Below, piece after piece: positions 40,570-50,044 of a stretch of DNA of 64,000 nt. Positions within the stretch are counted from its first letter, which is position 1. Each line of letters begins with the position of its first letter. Source of the DNA: Syntrophales bacterium (GTDB taxonomy: Bacteria; Desulfobacterota; Syntrophia; Syntrophales; UBA2210). The notes below the pieces were generated by a model, which worked only from the letters and a program-made list of their open reading frames with translations, did not search any database and was not told the DNA's origin. The position numbers were made by a program, and so were the translations under genes. The stretch covers positions 2,304,001-2,368,000 of the forward strand of contig CAXXKT010000001.1 of assembly GCA_963662405.2 (NCBI GenBank), read 5' to 3'.

Positions 40570-41790
40570 TTATTGTGTTCCTTCCTTTTCTGTGTACCCT
40601 GGAACATTAGGAATATATATTTTAAATGTAGTCCCAGAATCTACAATACTATTAACATCAATAAGACCATGCAATTCTGTTATTATCTGAAAAACATTTG
40701 ACAAGCCTAATCCAGACCCTTTTGCTTTTGTTGTAAAAAAAGGTTGAAAAAGCTGAGGCAAAAATTCTGGAGGAATCCCTTTGCCATCGTCGGAAATTGA
40801 TATAACGATATATGAACCTTCCGTAATAGAAAAGCCGTAGGTATTGCTATATGTTTTTTCAAAAATGATATTTGAAGTAGTTAATTCGATATTTCCTCCT
40901 GATGATAGCGCGTCCTGTGCATTTAAGAATAAGTTTATGAAAGCATTCATTAATCGACTTTTAACACATAATATTTTTGGCTCAATCGCGTCGAGATGAC
41001 ATGAAAAAGATACGTTTGAATGCATCGACGAGCGAAGAAGGCTAATGGTATCTAAGTATAGTTCATGTACATTAACAATCTCAGCAGAAATGGGCACATT
41101 CGATGGTTTTGATATTGAGACGAGCGAAAAAAGCAGTTTAGTGCATTGATTGACAGCAGATAATATTTTTTTAAGATGATTGGGAGAATTCGAATCATGT
41201 TTTTTAGATGGATCATTATGACACTTAAGTAAGGCGAGTTCAGTGTGTCCCATTATTGTCCCGAGAAGATTGTTCGCATCGTGTGCAATGCCGGCAGAAA
41301 TTTGTCCTACCGTGGCCATTGTCTCAAGCGAAGCAATTTTGTCGGAAAATGGATCGAAATCATGTGAATCATTCTGCCGTTCCTTTGGGGCCTTGCAATA
41401 GCTGCTGGATGGAGCAGAGTAGAGGTCGTGATCTTGATTGCATAGAGCAGTAATCAGAAAAGAGGTATCAATGAGGCCTAATGGCTCTCCAGAATTATCC
41501 TTGACGACTATATGCCTGTCTCCCGCTTGCTGAAAAAGATTTGGGATGGTGGACAAGGTCTCATTGTCATTGATGAAAATGAAAGGGGAGCAAGGACAAT
41601 CCATGAGAAGGCGAGTGAGTGGATAACCAGATAAATTCCCACGGCAAATTGGACCCTTGAACACGTTGTCGTCGTAGAGCAATAGAGAAGTTGTATCGTT
41701 TTGTTGCATCAATTGGAGAGCATCTATAACGGCGCTGTCAGATTCAATGCGTGGGAGTTTCTTTATAGCAAGATCAACGGGTTTAGGCAT
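40570..41790 (-). CDS. cytoplasmic CBS-domain histidine kinase
   Basis: N-terminal CBS pair, GIAHDANNLL H-box, FQPFFTTK, GSGLGL. Confidence 0.85.
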   Translation of the reverse strand: MPKPVDLAIKKLPRIESDSAVIDALQLMQQNDTTSLLLYDDNVFKGPICRGNLSGYPLTRLLMDCPCSPFIFINDNETLSTIPNLFQQAGDRHIVVKDNSGEPLGLIDTSFLITALCNQDHDLYSAPSSSYCKAPKERQNDSHDFDPFSDKIASLETMATVGQISAGIAHDANNLLGTIMGHTELALLKCHNDPSKKHDSNSPNHLKKILSAVNQCTKLLFSLVSISKPSNVPISAEIVNVHELYLDTISLLRSSMHSNVSFSCHLDAIEPKILCVKSRLMNAFINLFLNAQDALSSGGNIELTTSNIIFEKTYSNTYGFSITEGSYIVISISDDGKGIPPEFLPQLFQPFFTTKAKGSGLGLSNVFQIITELHGLIDVNSIVDSGTTFKIYIPNVPGYTEKEGTQ

Positions 41791-41817
41791 ACATGTCTCC
41801 TATTTTACTACATGTTT

Positions 41818-42168
41818 CTAGATGGATTTTGAAACTGCTATCTTAATATCTAGATCAACCTTCACCATTAATTGTGGAGATATAAAAGCCTTCGTTTCGT
41901 CAAGGACTGCTTTAACGATCGATTGTTTGTCAGCCATAAGGAAGAGTTGACGTTTAACGATAAGTGCCTCAACGATATCATCCTCGATTTCCACAAGTTC
42001 AAATAACCCGGGGCATATTGTGTCCATCATTTTTTTGGCAGCTTTTGGGCCAACGGGTGCATGTTTTGCGAGGACCAAAACGTCACCACATGGTGGAACA
42101 TTAAAAAGTGATATTTCCATATCTAAATGAACTTTTCTTGATTTCATAGAATCTTTGTTGTTTTGCAT
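41818..42168 (-). CDS. hypothetical protein
   Basis: 116-aa ORF with strong SD AGGAGG, co-oriented with the kinase. Confidence 0.75.
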   Translation of the reverse strand: MQNNKDSMKSRKVHLDMEISLFNVPPCGDVLVLAKHAPVGPKAAKKMMDTICPGLFELVEIEDDIVEALIVKRQLFLMADKQSIVKAVLDETKAFISPQLMVKVDLDIKIAVSKSI

Positions 42169-42343
42169 TTATTTCCTCCTGAGGTGAATAAAAAAGGGTA
42201 TACAAGCGCTTGGACCACTCGCGTGGACAGGCTTGTAAAAATTGCATCTATATTTACTAGCTTTCGAAGGTTTATTGTTGTTTTCGGTTAGTTATGACTT
42301 TAAAGTATTGGCGTTGATCGCATGGTTATCAGTTGAAGAAAAC

Positions 42344-42490
42344 AAAAGCCCCATCTCCCATTTCGAGAAAAGGAGCTTTGTCTGATCGATCATAACAGTT
42401 CCAGAGGGTATCAATTCGCCAATACATATATTGATGTTCACTTGGTTGTTAAACCTCTAATCCCATTACAGTACTATGTCAAGAGAAATA
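42344..42490 (-). promoter_or_regulatory. promoter-leader-terminator module, copy C
   Basis: Minus-strand TTGACA 42477-82, ttatgatcgatcag, hairpin aaagctccttttctc-gaaat-gggagatggggcttt. Confidence 0.65.
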
Positions 42491-42634
42491 TAAACTGTGA
42501 TAACAGATACAGGATCTGTCAACGTATAGAGAAAAATAGTCCACTCGGCTTATAAAAATCAACACACCTTTAATTTACCCTTTACAGAGCCTAAAAGATG
42601 TTCCCCTGAAGCAGCCCTCGTTTTAACCGGACAC

Positions 42635-43777
42635 CTAGAAACTCAGGCGGTCTTCCGCTATCTCGTCACTCGGCAAAAGGTGTGCGTATTTCATCGTGGT
42701 TTTTATGTCGGCATGGCCAGCTAAGTACTGGACCCTCCGAATGGGCACTCCCGCATCAAGCAAGTGCGTTATGTATGTGTGCCGGAGCGAGTGCAAGGTT
42801 ATGTCATTCGGCAGTTTTGCCTTCTTGCGCAGTGCGAGAAAAGCTACGCTATGACCATTCGGGAGCAGCAAGGGTTCATTCTTAGTGCCGAAGAGGTACT
42901 TTGTTTTTCTCTCAACGAATAGCCGCAAGATATCGGTCAAATTCCTGTTGATTCCTATGATACGAAACTTTCCGCTTTTCGTTGAGAATTTGTCAGCGGC
43001 CGATGGCTGTACGGTAATAGCTCTCTTTCCCAGATCCACATCTCCCGTTTTCAGATAGACCAGTTCACCACGGCGCATCCCCGTATAAAGGTAGGTCATA
43101 ATGATGGGGTATGCCTCACCTCCGAAATGAGCAGTATCCTCCCGGGCGGTTTTAACGAGAACGGATATCTCTTCTTTGGTCAGAGAACGAGGTTTTCGTT
43201 CCCGCGTGTCACGGCGTAGCATTCGACTGTCTACGGTACGGGCCGGATTGGAGGGTAGGGCATTTTGCTCGACGGCGATATCCAGGATCTGAGACAAGGT
43301 CAGCAGGTCTGCCCGCACGGTCTTTCCCTTAACTGTCTTTAATCGTTCCCGCATGTATTTTTGAACGGTGGCCTCGGTAATTTCATTGACCGGTTTTGTG
43401 CCGAAATAGTTGGTCAGATTTTCTGCTCGGCGTGTGTTGAAATAGTGCATATAGTCACGGACGTTCTCGGCAGACCGGGCAAGGAAGGCCTTTTTCAACT
43501 CGTCCCAGTGAGGAAGGATTAGGGGTGTATCCGGACCGCCTAAAGCGCGGGCTTCTTCTCGTGAGATGAAACCTTTTCTCAAGGCGAAGCGAAGTTCCGA
43601 TGCGGTCAACGTGTCTTTCAGCGAATGAGTTTCGAGGACTTCTATGTCCGGATAGTCGGTGATCGCCTTGGCTTTCGAAGAGTAATACCTATACTTCTGT
43701 TCCTGAGTTCCGTCAGGGAAATAGACAATATACCGGATCTGGTAACCCCGGTTTTTATGGCGATAAAGCCGAGCCAT
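42635..43777 (-). CDS. int: phage tyrosine integrase
   Basis: TGMRRGE, HSLRH, LAGH, TTMKYAH catalytic residues. Confidence 0.95.
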   Translation of the reverse strand: MARLYRHKNRGYQIRYIVYFPDGTQEQKYRYYSSKAKAITDYPDIEVLETHSLKDTLTASELRFALRKGFISREEARALGGPDTPLILPHWDELKKAFLARSAENVRDYMHYFNTRRAENLTNYFGTKPVNEITEATVQKYMRERLKTVKGKTVRADLLTLSQILDIAVEQNALPSNPARTVDSRMLRRDTRERKPRSLTKEEISVLVKTAREDTAHFGGEAYPIIMTYLYTGMRRGELVYLKTGDVDLGKRAITVQPSAADKFSTKSGKFRIIGINRNLTDILRLFVERKTKYLFGTKNEPLLLPNGHSVAFLALRKKAKLPNDITLHSLRHTYITHLLDAGVPIRRVQYLAGHADIKTTMKYAHLLPSDEIAEDRLSF

Positions 43778-43899
43778 TTGTGAACCTCATAAATCAGAAA
43801 AAAATAAAATTTCATATTTTCACTTTGATTGGTGATCCGGGTATTAATCCTGATCCCCCTACTTTGCCACCGTGACCAAGGTTAGAACAGCGTTAACTC

Positions 43900-44148
43900 T
43901 TACAAGACTATCAAATACAACAAAACAAAGCCAATTATAACCGCCGCAAACATCAGAACAATGATCATTCCCAACCGCTCTGACTGGTTCCTCGGGCGCT
44001 GGGGCTCCGAAGTGAAAGCTTCAGTTGGGTTTTCAGGCGGTTCTGGGGATGTATTTTCAGATACGGGTAATGGCTCTCCACAGTGAGGACAATAACCCAA
44101 TATATCTGAAACATTCTTGTTGCATTTATGACAATAGCTCAAAGCCAT
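43900..44148 (-). CDS. zinc-ribbon protein with C-terminal TM helix
   Basis: CxxC-x10-CPHC, Pro-rich linker, hydrophobic tail; SD GGAGG. Confidence 0.75.
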   Translation of the reverse strand: MALSYCHKCNKNVSDILGYCPHCGEPLPVSENTSPEPPENPTEAFTSEPQRPRNQSERLGMIIVLMFAAVIIGFVLLYLIVL

Positions 44149-44378
44149 TCGTGACCTCCCTCCATTTTCTGGATCCGGTTACCAGAATATGAGGACCCCT
44201 TTCCGATCTGATGCATTATATATTTCTGACATAACTTTTTTCAGTAAATATCCTCATTATGTAAATTACATAACCATCGCCGTTTATTCGGTATCGCCTG
44301 CCTGTTTCAATGTATTGGTTTTCAGTTTTTGTGATGGTTGCAGTTTGAAACTCTTCATGGAATCACTCTTGCCGGTGG

Positions 44379-45071
44379 CTATCTCACCACATGGCCCACC
44401 CATACGACCTTTCCGATTAGATAGAATTGTCGCATATCAACTTCAATAGGATCCGGAACCTCGCTCCTGTTATCAGATATAGCAAGGAGAGCCGATCCTT
44501 TCCAGACCAGTCTTTTGACCTTTACGAGGTCTCCTTCAGAAAAGGCATATATCTGTCCGTCGATAATATCCTTCATGCTTTTTAAAGACATGTCCACCAG
44601 GACCATATCGCTGTCACCTATTCCTGGGAGCATGGAGTTTCCCTTTACCGAAAAGAGCCCACAATTGTTTTTTGAGCAATGCCGGTTGAGCCATTCAGTT
44701 CGAAACGCATATTGGTGCTCAACATTCTGGGAAATAACGTAGGTGCCGGTGCCGGCTGCAAGGTCAAGTTCGTATTTCGGAATAAAAGTAAAATCCTCTA
44801 TACATGCACATTCATCAGAAAGGAGGGGAGTCTGTGAAGAAGTTAGAGAGTCTCCTTCGCCGGTGAGAATGTAATTGAAATTAACATTACGTTTATAAGC
44901 TTCCGTTTCAATTAGGTTTATTATCGTTCCCCTCTTTATTCTGCCAGCCAAATCTTGAGGTAAGATACCGAATAAGTTAGCTAAATCTTTTTTTCTTTTG
45001 CAGCCAAAGATTTCCATGGCCCTCTTGACCATATCCTGAACTTCATATTCCGAGAATTTTATTCTTGACAT
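44379..45071 (-). CDS. cI: CI-like repressor (HTH + S24 autopeptidase)
   Basis: AAG cleavage site, VKGNSM, VKRL; divergent from a cro-like gene. Confidence 0.9.
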   Translation of the reverse strand: MSRIKFSEYEVQDMVKRAMEIFGCKRKKDLANLFGILPQDLAGRIKRGTIINLIETEAYKRNVNFNYILTGEGDSLTSSQTPLLSDECACIEDFTFIPKYELDLAAGTGTYVISQNVEHQYAFRTEWLNRHCSKNNCGLFSVKGNSMLPGIGDSDMVLVDMSLKSMKDIIDGQIYAFSEGDLVKVKRLVWKGSALLAISDNRSEVPDPIEVDMRQFYLIGKVVWVGHVVR

Positions 45072-45099
45072 AACTAATCTATTCGTTTATTATTCGTTT
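45065..45099 (+). promoter_or_regulatory. lytic PR-like promoter with operator repeats
   Basis: TTGACA(45065)-17-TATTAT(45088); tattcgttt at 45080 and 45091. Confidence 0.7.
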
Positions 45100-45121
45100 C
45101 AACACTGTAGAAAGGCAACTA

Positions 45122-45397
45122 ATGATGACACATTCCAGTCGTTCCTGCAATGTTGAATTATTGGGCGCATATATCCGTCTAAGGGGTTATAGGAACAATG
45201 CCGAACTCGCCCGGGGAATAGGCGTGAGCCGGTCCCTTCTTTGTAAACTTTTCAATCCCGATCATCCTTACAAAAACTCCGATCGAATCGATCAAATCTC
45301 CTCATATCTTGGCGCACCGCCCGAAATTCTCTTTCCTTGGGTGCAGGATAGGGAGATGGGCGATCAATTACCAGCAATGAATATTGAGGTGGGGTAA
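45122..45397 (+). CDS. Cro-like HTH protein
   Basis: AELARGIGVSRSLL HTH; position opposite cI. Confidence 0.75.
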   Translation: MMTHSSRSCNVELLGAYIRLRGYRNNAELARGIGVSRSLLCKLFNPDHPYKNSDRIDQISSYLGAPPEILFPWVQDREMGDQLPAMNIEVG

Positions 45398-45654
45398 TGA
45401 ATTCAATCCGGGAAATATTTTTAGTTGGTATCCGAAAGGCTGGAAGCCAGGACGCCTTCGCTCGGGAAATCGGTGTTGATCCTGCGCAGTTATCAAGGTT
45501 CATGTCACCCGGCGAAGAATCGGGTTTGAAGATGAGCGTTATAGACCGAGCCTGTGAATATGCAGGAGTAACGGTTATCCCCCGTCAAGAATACATGAGA
45601 CTAATTGGAGCCTATCTGTTGGGGGCATCTCTCTATGAAAGGACTGTTTCGTGA
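45397..45654 (+). CDS. HTH protein (CII-like position)
   Basis: SQDAFAREIGVDPAQLSRF. Confidence 0.7.
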   Translation: MNSIREIFLVGIRKAGSQDAFAREIGVDPAQLSRFMSPGEESGLKMSVIDRACEYAGVTVIPRQEYMRLIGAYLLGASLYERTVS

Positions 45655-45839
45655 TGAATCTCACAGCGGAAGAATTTGCAAAGGAAATGAAGGTGAACAA
45701 GGCTACCGTTTTTCGGTGGTGTGAGCGAAACCTTCTCGGTCATCACCGTATTGGACGTGTGGTACGGATCCCGAGAAAGGACGCCGACGAATTTCTGAAA
45801 CTGCATTACCAGGAACGGTACGCAAGAAAAAGAAAGTGA
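45651..45839 (+). CDS. excisionase-like HTH protein
   Basis: LTAEEFAKEMKVNKATVFRW...RIGRVVRIP. Confidence 0.8.
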   Translation: MMNLTAEEFAKEMKVNKATVFRWCERNLLGHHRIGRVVRIPRKDADEFLKLHYQERYARKRK

Positions 45840-45851
45840 GCCGGATCTTTT

Positions 45852-46049
45852 ATGCGGTTGTCGCAAATCATACCGGAACGCCGGAACTTAAAGGAAGCAT
45901 ACAACGCGGGGTACGACTGTGTGGAACAGGGCCCGAACGAGAGAAACTGCCATTTCGCCCTGTTTTCCTCTCCGGAAATGTCGCGGGCATGGGATCAGGG
46001 TAAGTTTGACGCGGACAGCGGAATTCCTCGGCGGGAGCTCTACACATAA
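45852..46049 (+). CDS. small protein, possibly Rmf/CrpP-like fold
   Basis: AYxxGY...G...C...SRAWDQG pattern. Confidence 0.55.
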   Translation: MRLSQIIPERRNLKEAYNAGYDCVEQGPNERNCHFALFSSPEMSRAWDQGKFDADSGIPRRELYT

Positions 46050-46059
46050 GGGAGGTACC

Positions 46060-46203
46060 ATGGAAGTCATAACAAAGATATCGGGGTATTTCGTGAAGCT
46101 GGAAATGCCGGATCCTAGAAGAAACTGGTTGCGTATGCTAGGGTGTATCGCCTTTTTGGTAATGCTGATGGGAGCATTCCTGATGCTGCTTTGTGCGCTC
46201 TAG
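46060..46203 (+). CDS. small membrane protein
   Basis: SD GGAGGT; 47 aa with C-terminal TM helix. Confidence 0.6.
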   Translation: MEVITKISGYFVKLEMPDPRRNWLRMLGCIAFLVMLMGAFLMLLCAL

Positions 46204-46416
46204 GGAGAGCGAGGCCATTTCGAGAATAATGGTTGCGGATACAGAGCATACAGAGTCACGACAAAGTGCGGAAAATATTAACACTATGTGGTTGAAAAGG
46301 AAGAAAACCGAGTTGGGAAGATTACATGGCATGTCATTCGGCCTTGATGATCTACCTATGTTGGAAAAGGAGAATGCGGGAAGAATAACTGATTAATGCA
46401 GTAAGGGGGTTCGCTA

Positions 46417-46623
46417 ATGAACTGGAAAGACGAGCTAGGATGTGCACAGATGGAACTCAGCCGTGCGGTATTGAGAATCAACGCTAGAGAGAGGGACGGA
46501 CACGACCCCGATGAGCAGATCATTGATCATTTGCGGAGATCAGGGAGCCATTTGGCCGCGGCGATAAGCGGCATATCGGAAACATTTGATATCAAGTCAA
46601 AAAAGGATGGCCTGACCGCGTAG
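46417..46623 (+). CDS. hypothetical phage protein
   Basis: Co-oriented ORF with SD in the early region. Confidence 0.55.
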   Translation: MNWKDELGCAQMELSRAVLRINARERDGHDPDEQIIDHLRRSGSHLAAAISGISETFDIKSKKDGLTA

Positions 46624-46813
46624 AGTAACCGGGGTGTTTACCGGCGAAGACCCCACCACAAGGGTCAACGGAGAAAGGCCATGCAACGGAAAATGAGGGC
46701 CGGAATAAACAAATGCGAGCAGACAGAACCAAGAAGCTCAGGGCATTGGGAGGGAAAACGTCGGATGTACAGTCCCACTGTTTTCGGGAAAAGAGATCTG
46801 ATCATAACACATC

Positions 46814-47029
46814 ATGAATGAAGGAAGGTGTACCGTGAAATTCTTGACGGTGATGAATATAGCCGGAGAGATATTTCGGGTTTACAAGACGGCTAACACT
46901 CTGGAAGGGGCCGAACGACTGGCACGGATAGAGGTTGCCAGGCAAAAGGGATTAATTCCGTCACCCTGGGCGGTGGATCCGTCAGACATCATAACTCGTG
47001 AGATCGCCGACCATGGCTTCAGCAATTGA
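46814..47029 (+). CDS. hypothetical phage protein
   Basis: Co-oriented ORF; start may be GTG 46835. Confidence 0.5.
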   Translation: MNEGRCTVKFLTVMNIAGEIFRVYKTANTLEGAERLARIEVARQKGLIPSPWAVDPSDIITREIADHGFSN

Positions 47030-47178
47030 CCGTGAAGGATATACACCTATACACCATGAACCCTATTTCATTAAAACCAAAGATCTCTCGCTATCTTTAC
47101 CCTGACAGAATTCTGTTTGTTCCCACTATGGAAGGCTCAGAATGACAAAAGATTACAGACAGTACGAGGAGCAAAACA

Positions 47179-47472
47179 GTGAAGCATGAATTAAAGACGG
47201 ACCCGGAGATGTTTGAGGCATCATACCGGGGATTGAGGGAGTGGGAGATCCGGTACAACGATCGGGATTACCAGGTGGGCGATCTACTTCTCTTGCGGGA
47301 GACCAGGCACACCGGCGCGGAGATGAAAGAAGGAAAGCCACTGGAATATACCGGGCGGAAGATGCTTGTGCGGATCATCTTTATCCTGCCCGGTCCGGCG
47401 TACGGGTTGGCTGAAGATTGGGTGATCATGTCGGTTGAATTGCTCCCGTTGTCGATGTGTGAGGGAAGCTGA
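47179..47472 (+). CDS. DUF3850/ASCH-like protein
   Basis: HELKT...EIRYNDRDYQVGDLLLLRE...YTGR. Confidence 0.85.
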   Translation: MKHELKTDPEMFEASYRGLREWEIRYNDRDYQVGDLLLLRETRHTGAEMKEGKPLEYTGRKMLVRIIFILPGPAYGLAEDWVIMSVELLPLSMCEGS

Positions 47473-47514
47473 ACGGATCGATGGCGTCCTGGACCGTTCT
47501 GAGGGGAATTGATA

Positions 47515-49941
47515 GTGGGTCTTGCCGCAAAATACCTGGGAGAAGCCCGCCGGGCGGAGATTGCAAGGACGCTGTTCACCGTCACGAGCGTCGACGAGGC
47601 CAAGGGCGAACTGCACGGCCTCTGTCCCCTCCACGGTGAGAAGAACCCCTCCTTTTCGTACAACTTCAAGAAAGACGTCTATAAGTGCCTCTCCTGCAAC
47701 GCCGACGGCGATCTGATCAGGCTGTGGTCCGAGGTGAAGGGTTACGGCCGGAAGGAGGGATTCAGGACGTTTTGCGAGACCTTCGACATCCCGATCGATT
47801 CCTCCGGAGGAGCAGGGAAAGGAAAGAACATCGAATCGGAACGATCGGAGAAAGAGACACCTCCCCTCGATCCTGCGGTAGTCAACGAACAGATGGAGCG
47901 CGCCCTGGAGCTCTTCCCGGCCCTTCCGGAAGGCCTCCTGGCCCGCATGGAGAAGGAACGGGGATGGTCCCGGAAATGGATGGAGATCCTCGACCTCCGC
48001 CTCCAGACGCACTACCTGTCGAAGAAGGGCGCCCTGGTGGCCATCAAGGTCCCGGACCGGCTGGCCGTCCCCGTACGGGACACTGACGGGAATCTGGTCA
48101 ACATCAGGCTCTACCGCCCGGGGGCGAAGCGCTACAAGATCATCTCCTTCGCCCGCTCCACCGGCCGGTCGCGCCTCTTCCCGGCCAGGCCCCTGCACCC
48201 CGAAGATACGGTCATTCTCTGCGAGGGCGAAAGCGACACGATCTGCGCCCTCTCGCACGGTTTCAACGCAATCACCCAGACAACAAAGCTCAAGACGTTC
48301 CCCGACGACCAGCTGGACGCCTTCCGGGACCGGGACGTGGTCATCGCCTACGATGCCGACCGCCCGGGACAGAAGTACGCCCGGTACGCCGCCCAGGCCC
48401 TCGCCGAGACGGCTAAATCGGTACGGGTCATACAATGGCCCGGCTTCATGGGAAAAGACGAACAGGGTGGCTTTCCGGCCGACCACGGCCAGGACCTGAC
48501 GGACTTCTTCGTCAGACATCAGAAGACAACAGACGACTTCAAGATATTGGTCGAATCGGCGGAGAAGCCGCGGTTCGAGACCCGGGGAACGACGTCGACG
48601 GTGCTTGACGGAGAGCATCCTCCCCCGGGCGATCTGGAGTCTGTGAAAGAGTTCTTCGAACACGGCGTCAACCACCGCTACTCATTCAAGGCCCGCCTCC
48701 TGGCGGAGCGGCTCCTTGCGGAGTACCGGCTCATGTCCGACCCGGCGTCCGAGCTGATCTATCTCTGGAACGGGAAGTACTGGGAAGAGTTCGACGAGGA
48801 CCACCTCAAGAACGCCGCCATACGGCACCTGGCCACCGAATCACAGAAGGCCCGGGTCGAGGACGCCGTCTACCAGGTGCGGAAGCTCTGCACGCTGCCC
48901 CACGGCCGGAAGGTCAACGACCGGATGGACTGGATCTGCCTGCAGAACGGCATGCTGAACATCACCACCTTCGACATGAAGGAACACGATCCGGACTACT
49001 ACTTCACCACCATCTTCCCCGTGTCCCTGGATCCGGCCTCCCCGAAACGGTGCGACCGGTTCCTCGCCTACCTCGACGCCACGGTCCGGACCCCCGCGGT
49101 CATCGACCAGGTCCAGGAGTTCGCCGGCTACATCCTGACGCGCCACGCACGCTACGAGAAGTGTTTGTTCCTCTACGGCCCGGGCCGTGACGGGAAGTCG
49201 ACGCTCATGAAGCTCCTCAGGGAGATGGTGGGCGGGAGGAACTGCTCCGCCGTCTCCTTCCCGGACCTGGAGCGTGAGTTCCCCCGGTCGTCGCTCTACA
49301 ACAAGCTCCTGAACATCTCCACGGAGATCGGGAGCCAGGCGATCGAGAGCAGCTACTTCAAGGCGATCACCAGCGGCGATCCCATCCAGGCCGCCTTCAA
49401 GCACCGGGACAACTTCGAGTTCGCCCCGTACTGCAAGCTGATATTCGCCGGGAACATCCTGCCCCGCATCAAGGACACATCCGACGCGCTGTACGAACGG
49501 TTCCTGCCGGTCAGATTCAAGCGGCAGTTCCTCGAGGGGGATCCCGAACGGGATCCCTACCTCTTCGACAAGCTCAGGGAAGAGCTGTCGGAGATCTTCT
49601 ACTGGGCGCTCTGCGGGCTCAGGAGACTGATGGAGAAGGGCCGGTTCACCGACTGCGAGGAGACCCGCGCCCTCATCATGTCATACCGAAGATCGAACAG
49701 CCCGATCCTCTCCTTCGTCGAGGACGAGTGCGTCACCGGCAGTGAAGAGGAAGTGGCCAAGGACGAGATCTACAGCCGGTACCGGCAGTACTGCGGGATG
49801 AACGGGTACATGCCGACATCGAACAACAACTTCTTCCGTGAGCTCGAGAACGCCGTGAACAACATCATGATCTACCGTCCCCGCATCTCCGGAGAACGGA
49901 AACGGGTGATACGCGGCGTGGGACTGAAGGTGAAGACATGA
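47515..49941 (+). CDS. primase-helicase (CHC2 zinc finger, Toprim, D5/P4-type SF3 helicase)
   Basis: CPLH...CLSC, CEGESD, YDAD, GPGRDGKST; GTG 47515 follows an SD. Confidence 0.92.
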   Translation: MGLAAKYLGEARRAEIARTLFTVTSVDEAKGELHGLCPLHGEKNPSFSYNFKKDVYKCLSCNADGDLIRLWSEVKGYGRKEGFRTFCETFDIPIDSSGGAGKGKNIESERSEKETPPLDPAVVNEQMERALELFPALPEGLLARMEKERGWSRKWMEILDLRLQTHYLSKKGALVAIKVPDRLAVPVRDTDGNLVNIRLYRPGAKRYKIISFARSTGRSRLFPARPLHPEDTVILCEGESDTICALSHGFNAITQTTKLKTFPDDQLDAFRDRDVVIAYDADRPGQKYARYAAQALAETAKSVRVIQWPGFMGKDEQGGFPADHGQDLTDFFVRHQKTTDDFKILVESAEKPRFETRGTTSTVLDGEHPPPGDLESVKEFFEHGVNHRYSFKARLLAERLLAEYRLMSDPASELIYLWNGKYWEEFDEDHLKNAAIRHLATESQKARVEDAVYQVRKLCTLPHGRKVNDRMDWICLQNGMLNITTFDMKEHDPDYYFTTIFPVSLDPASPKRCDRFLAYLDATVRTPAVIDQVQEFAGYILTRHARYEKCLFLYGPGRDGKSTLMKLLREMVGGRNCSAVSFPDLEREFPRSSLYNKLLNISTEIGSQAIESSYFKAITSGDPIQAAFKHRDNFEFAPYCKLIFAGNILPRIKDTSDALYERFLPVRFKRQFLEGDPERDPYLFDKLREELSEIFYWALCGLRRLMEKGRFTDCEETRALIMSYRRSNSPILSFVEDECVTGSEEEVAKDEIYSRYRQYCGMNGYMPTSNNNFFRELENAVNNIMIYRPRISGERKRVIRGVGLKVKT

Positions 49942-50044
49942 GAAAGCATTTGAATCTCTCACTCCGGTGTGGTACCAAATCACCATTGTTCCCCGTATCC
50001 CCCCGTTCTGCGAGGCGGCCATGCATCACAACATCCGCGAAAAC

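Noticed and set aside
40389..40607. 72-aa ORF after the CBS kinase as a split receiver domain
   Set aside because: No receiver motifs and no SD
42208..42218. Isolated iteron match gcttggaccac inside a hairpin (42201-42237), as a P4 crr-like site
   Set aside because: A single 11-bp match is compatible with chance
42635..43777. Integron integrase acting on the attC site
   Set aside because: No visible IntI-specific insertion, and the gene sits in a standard phage int-cI context
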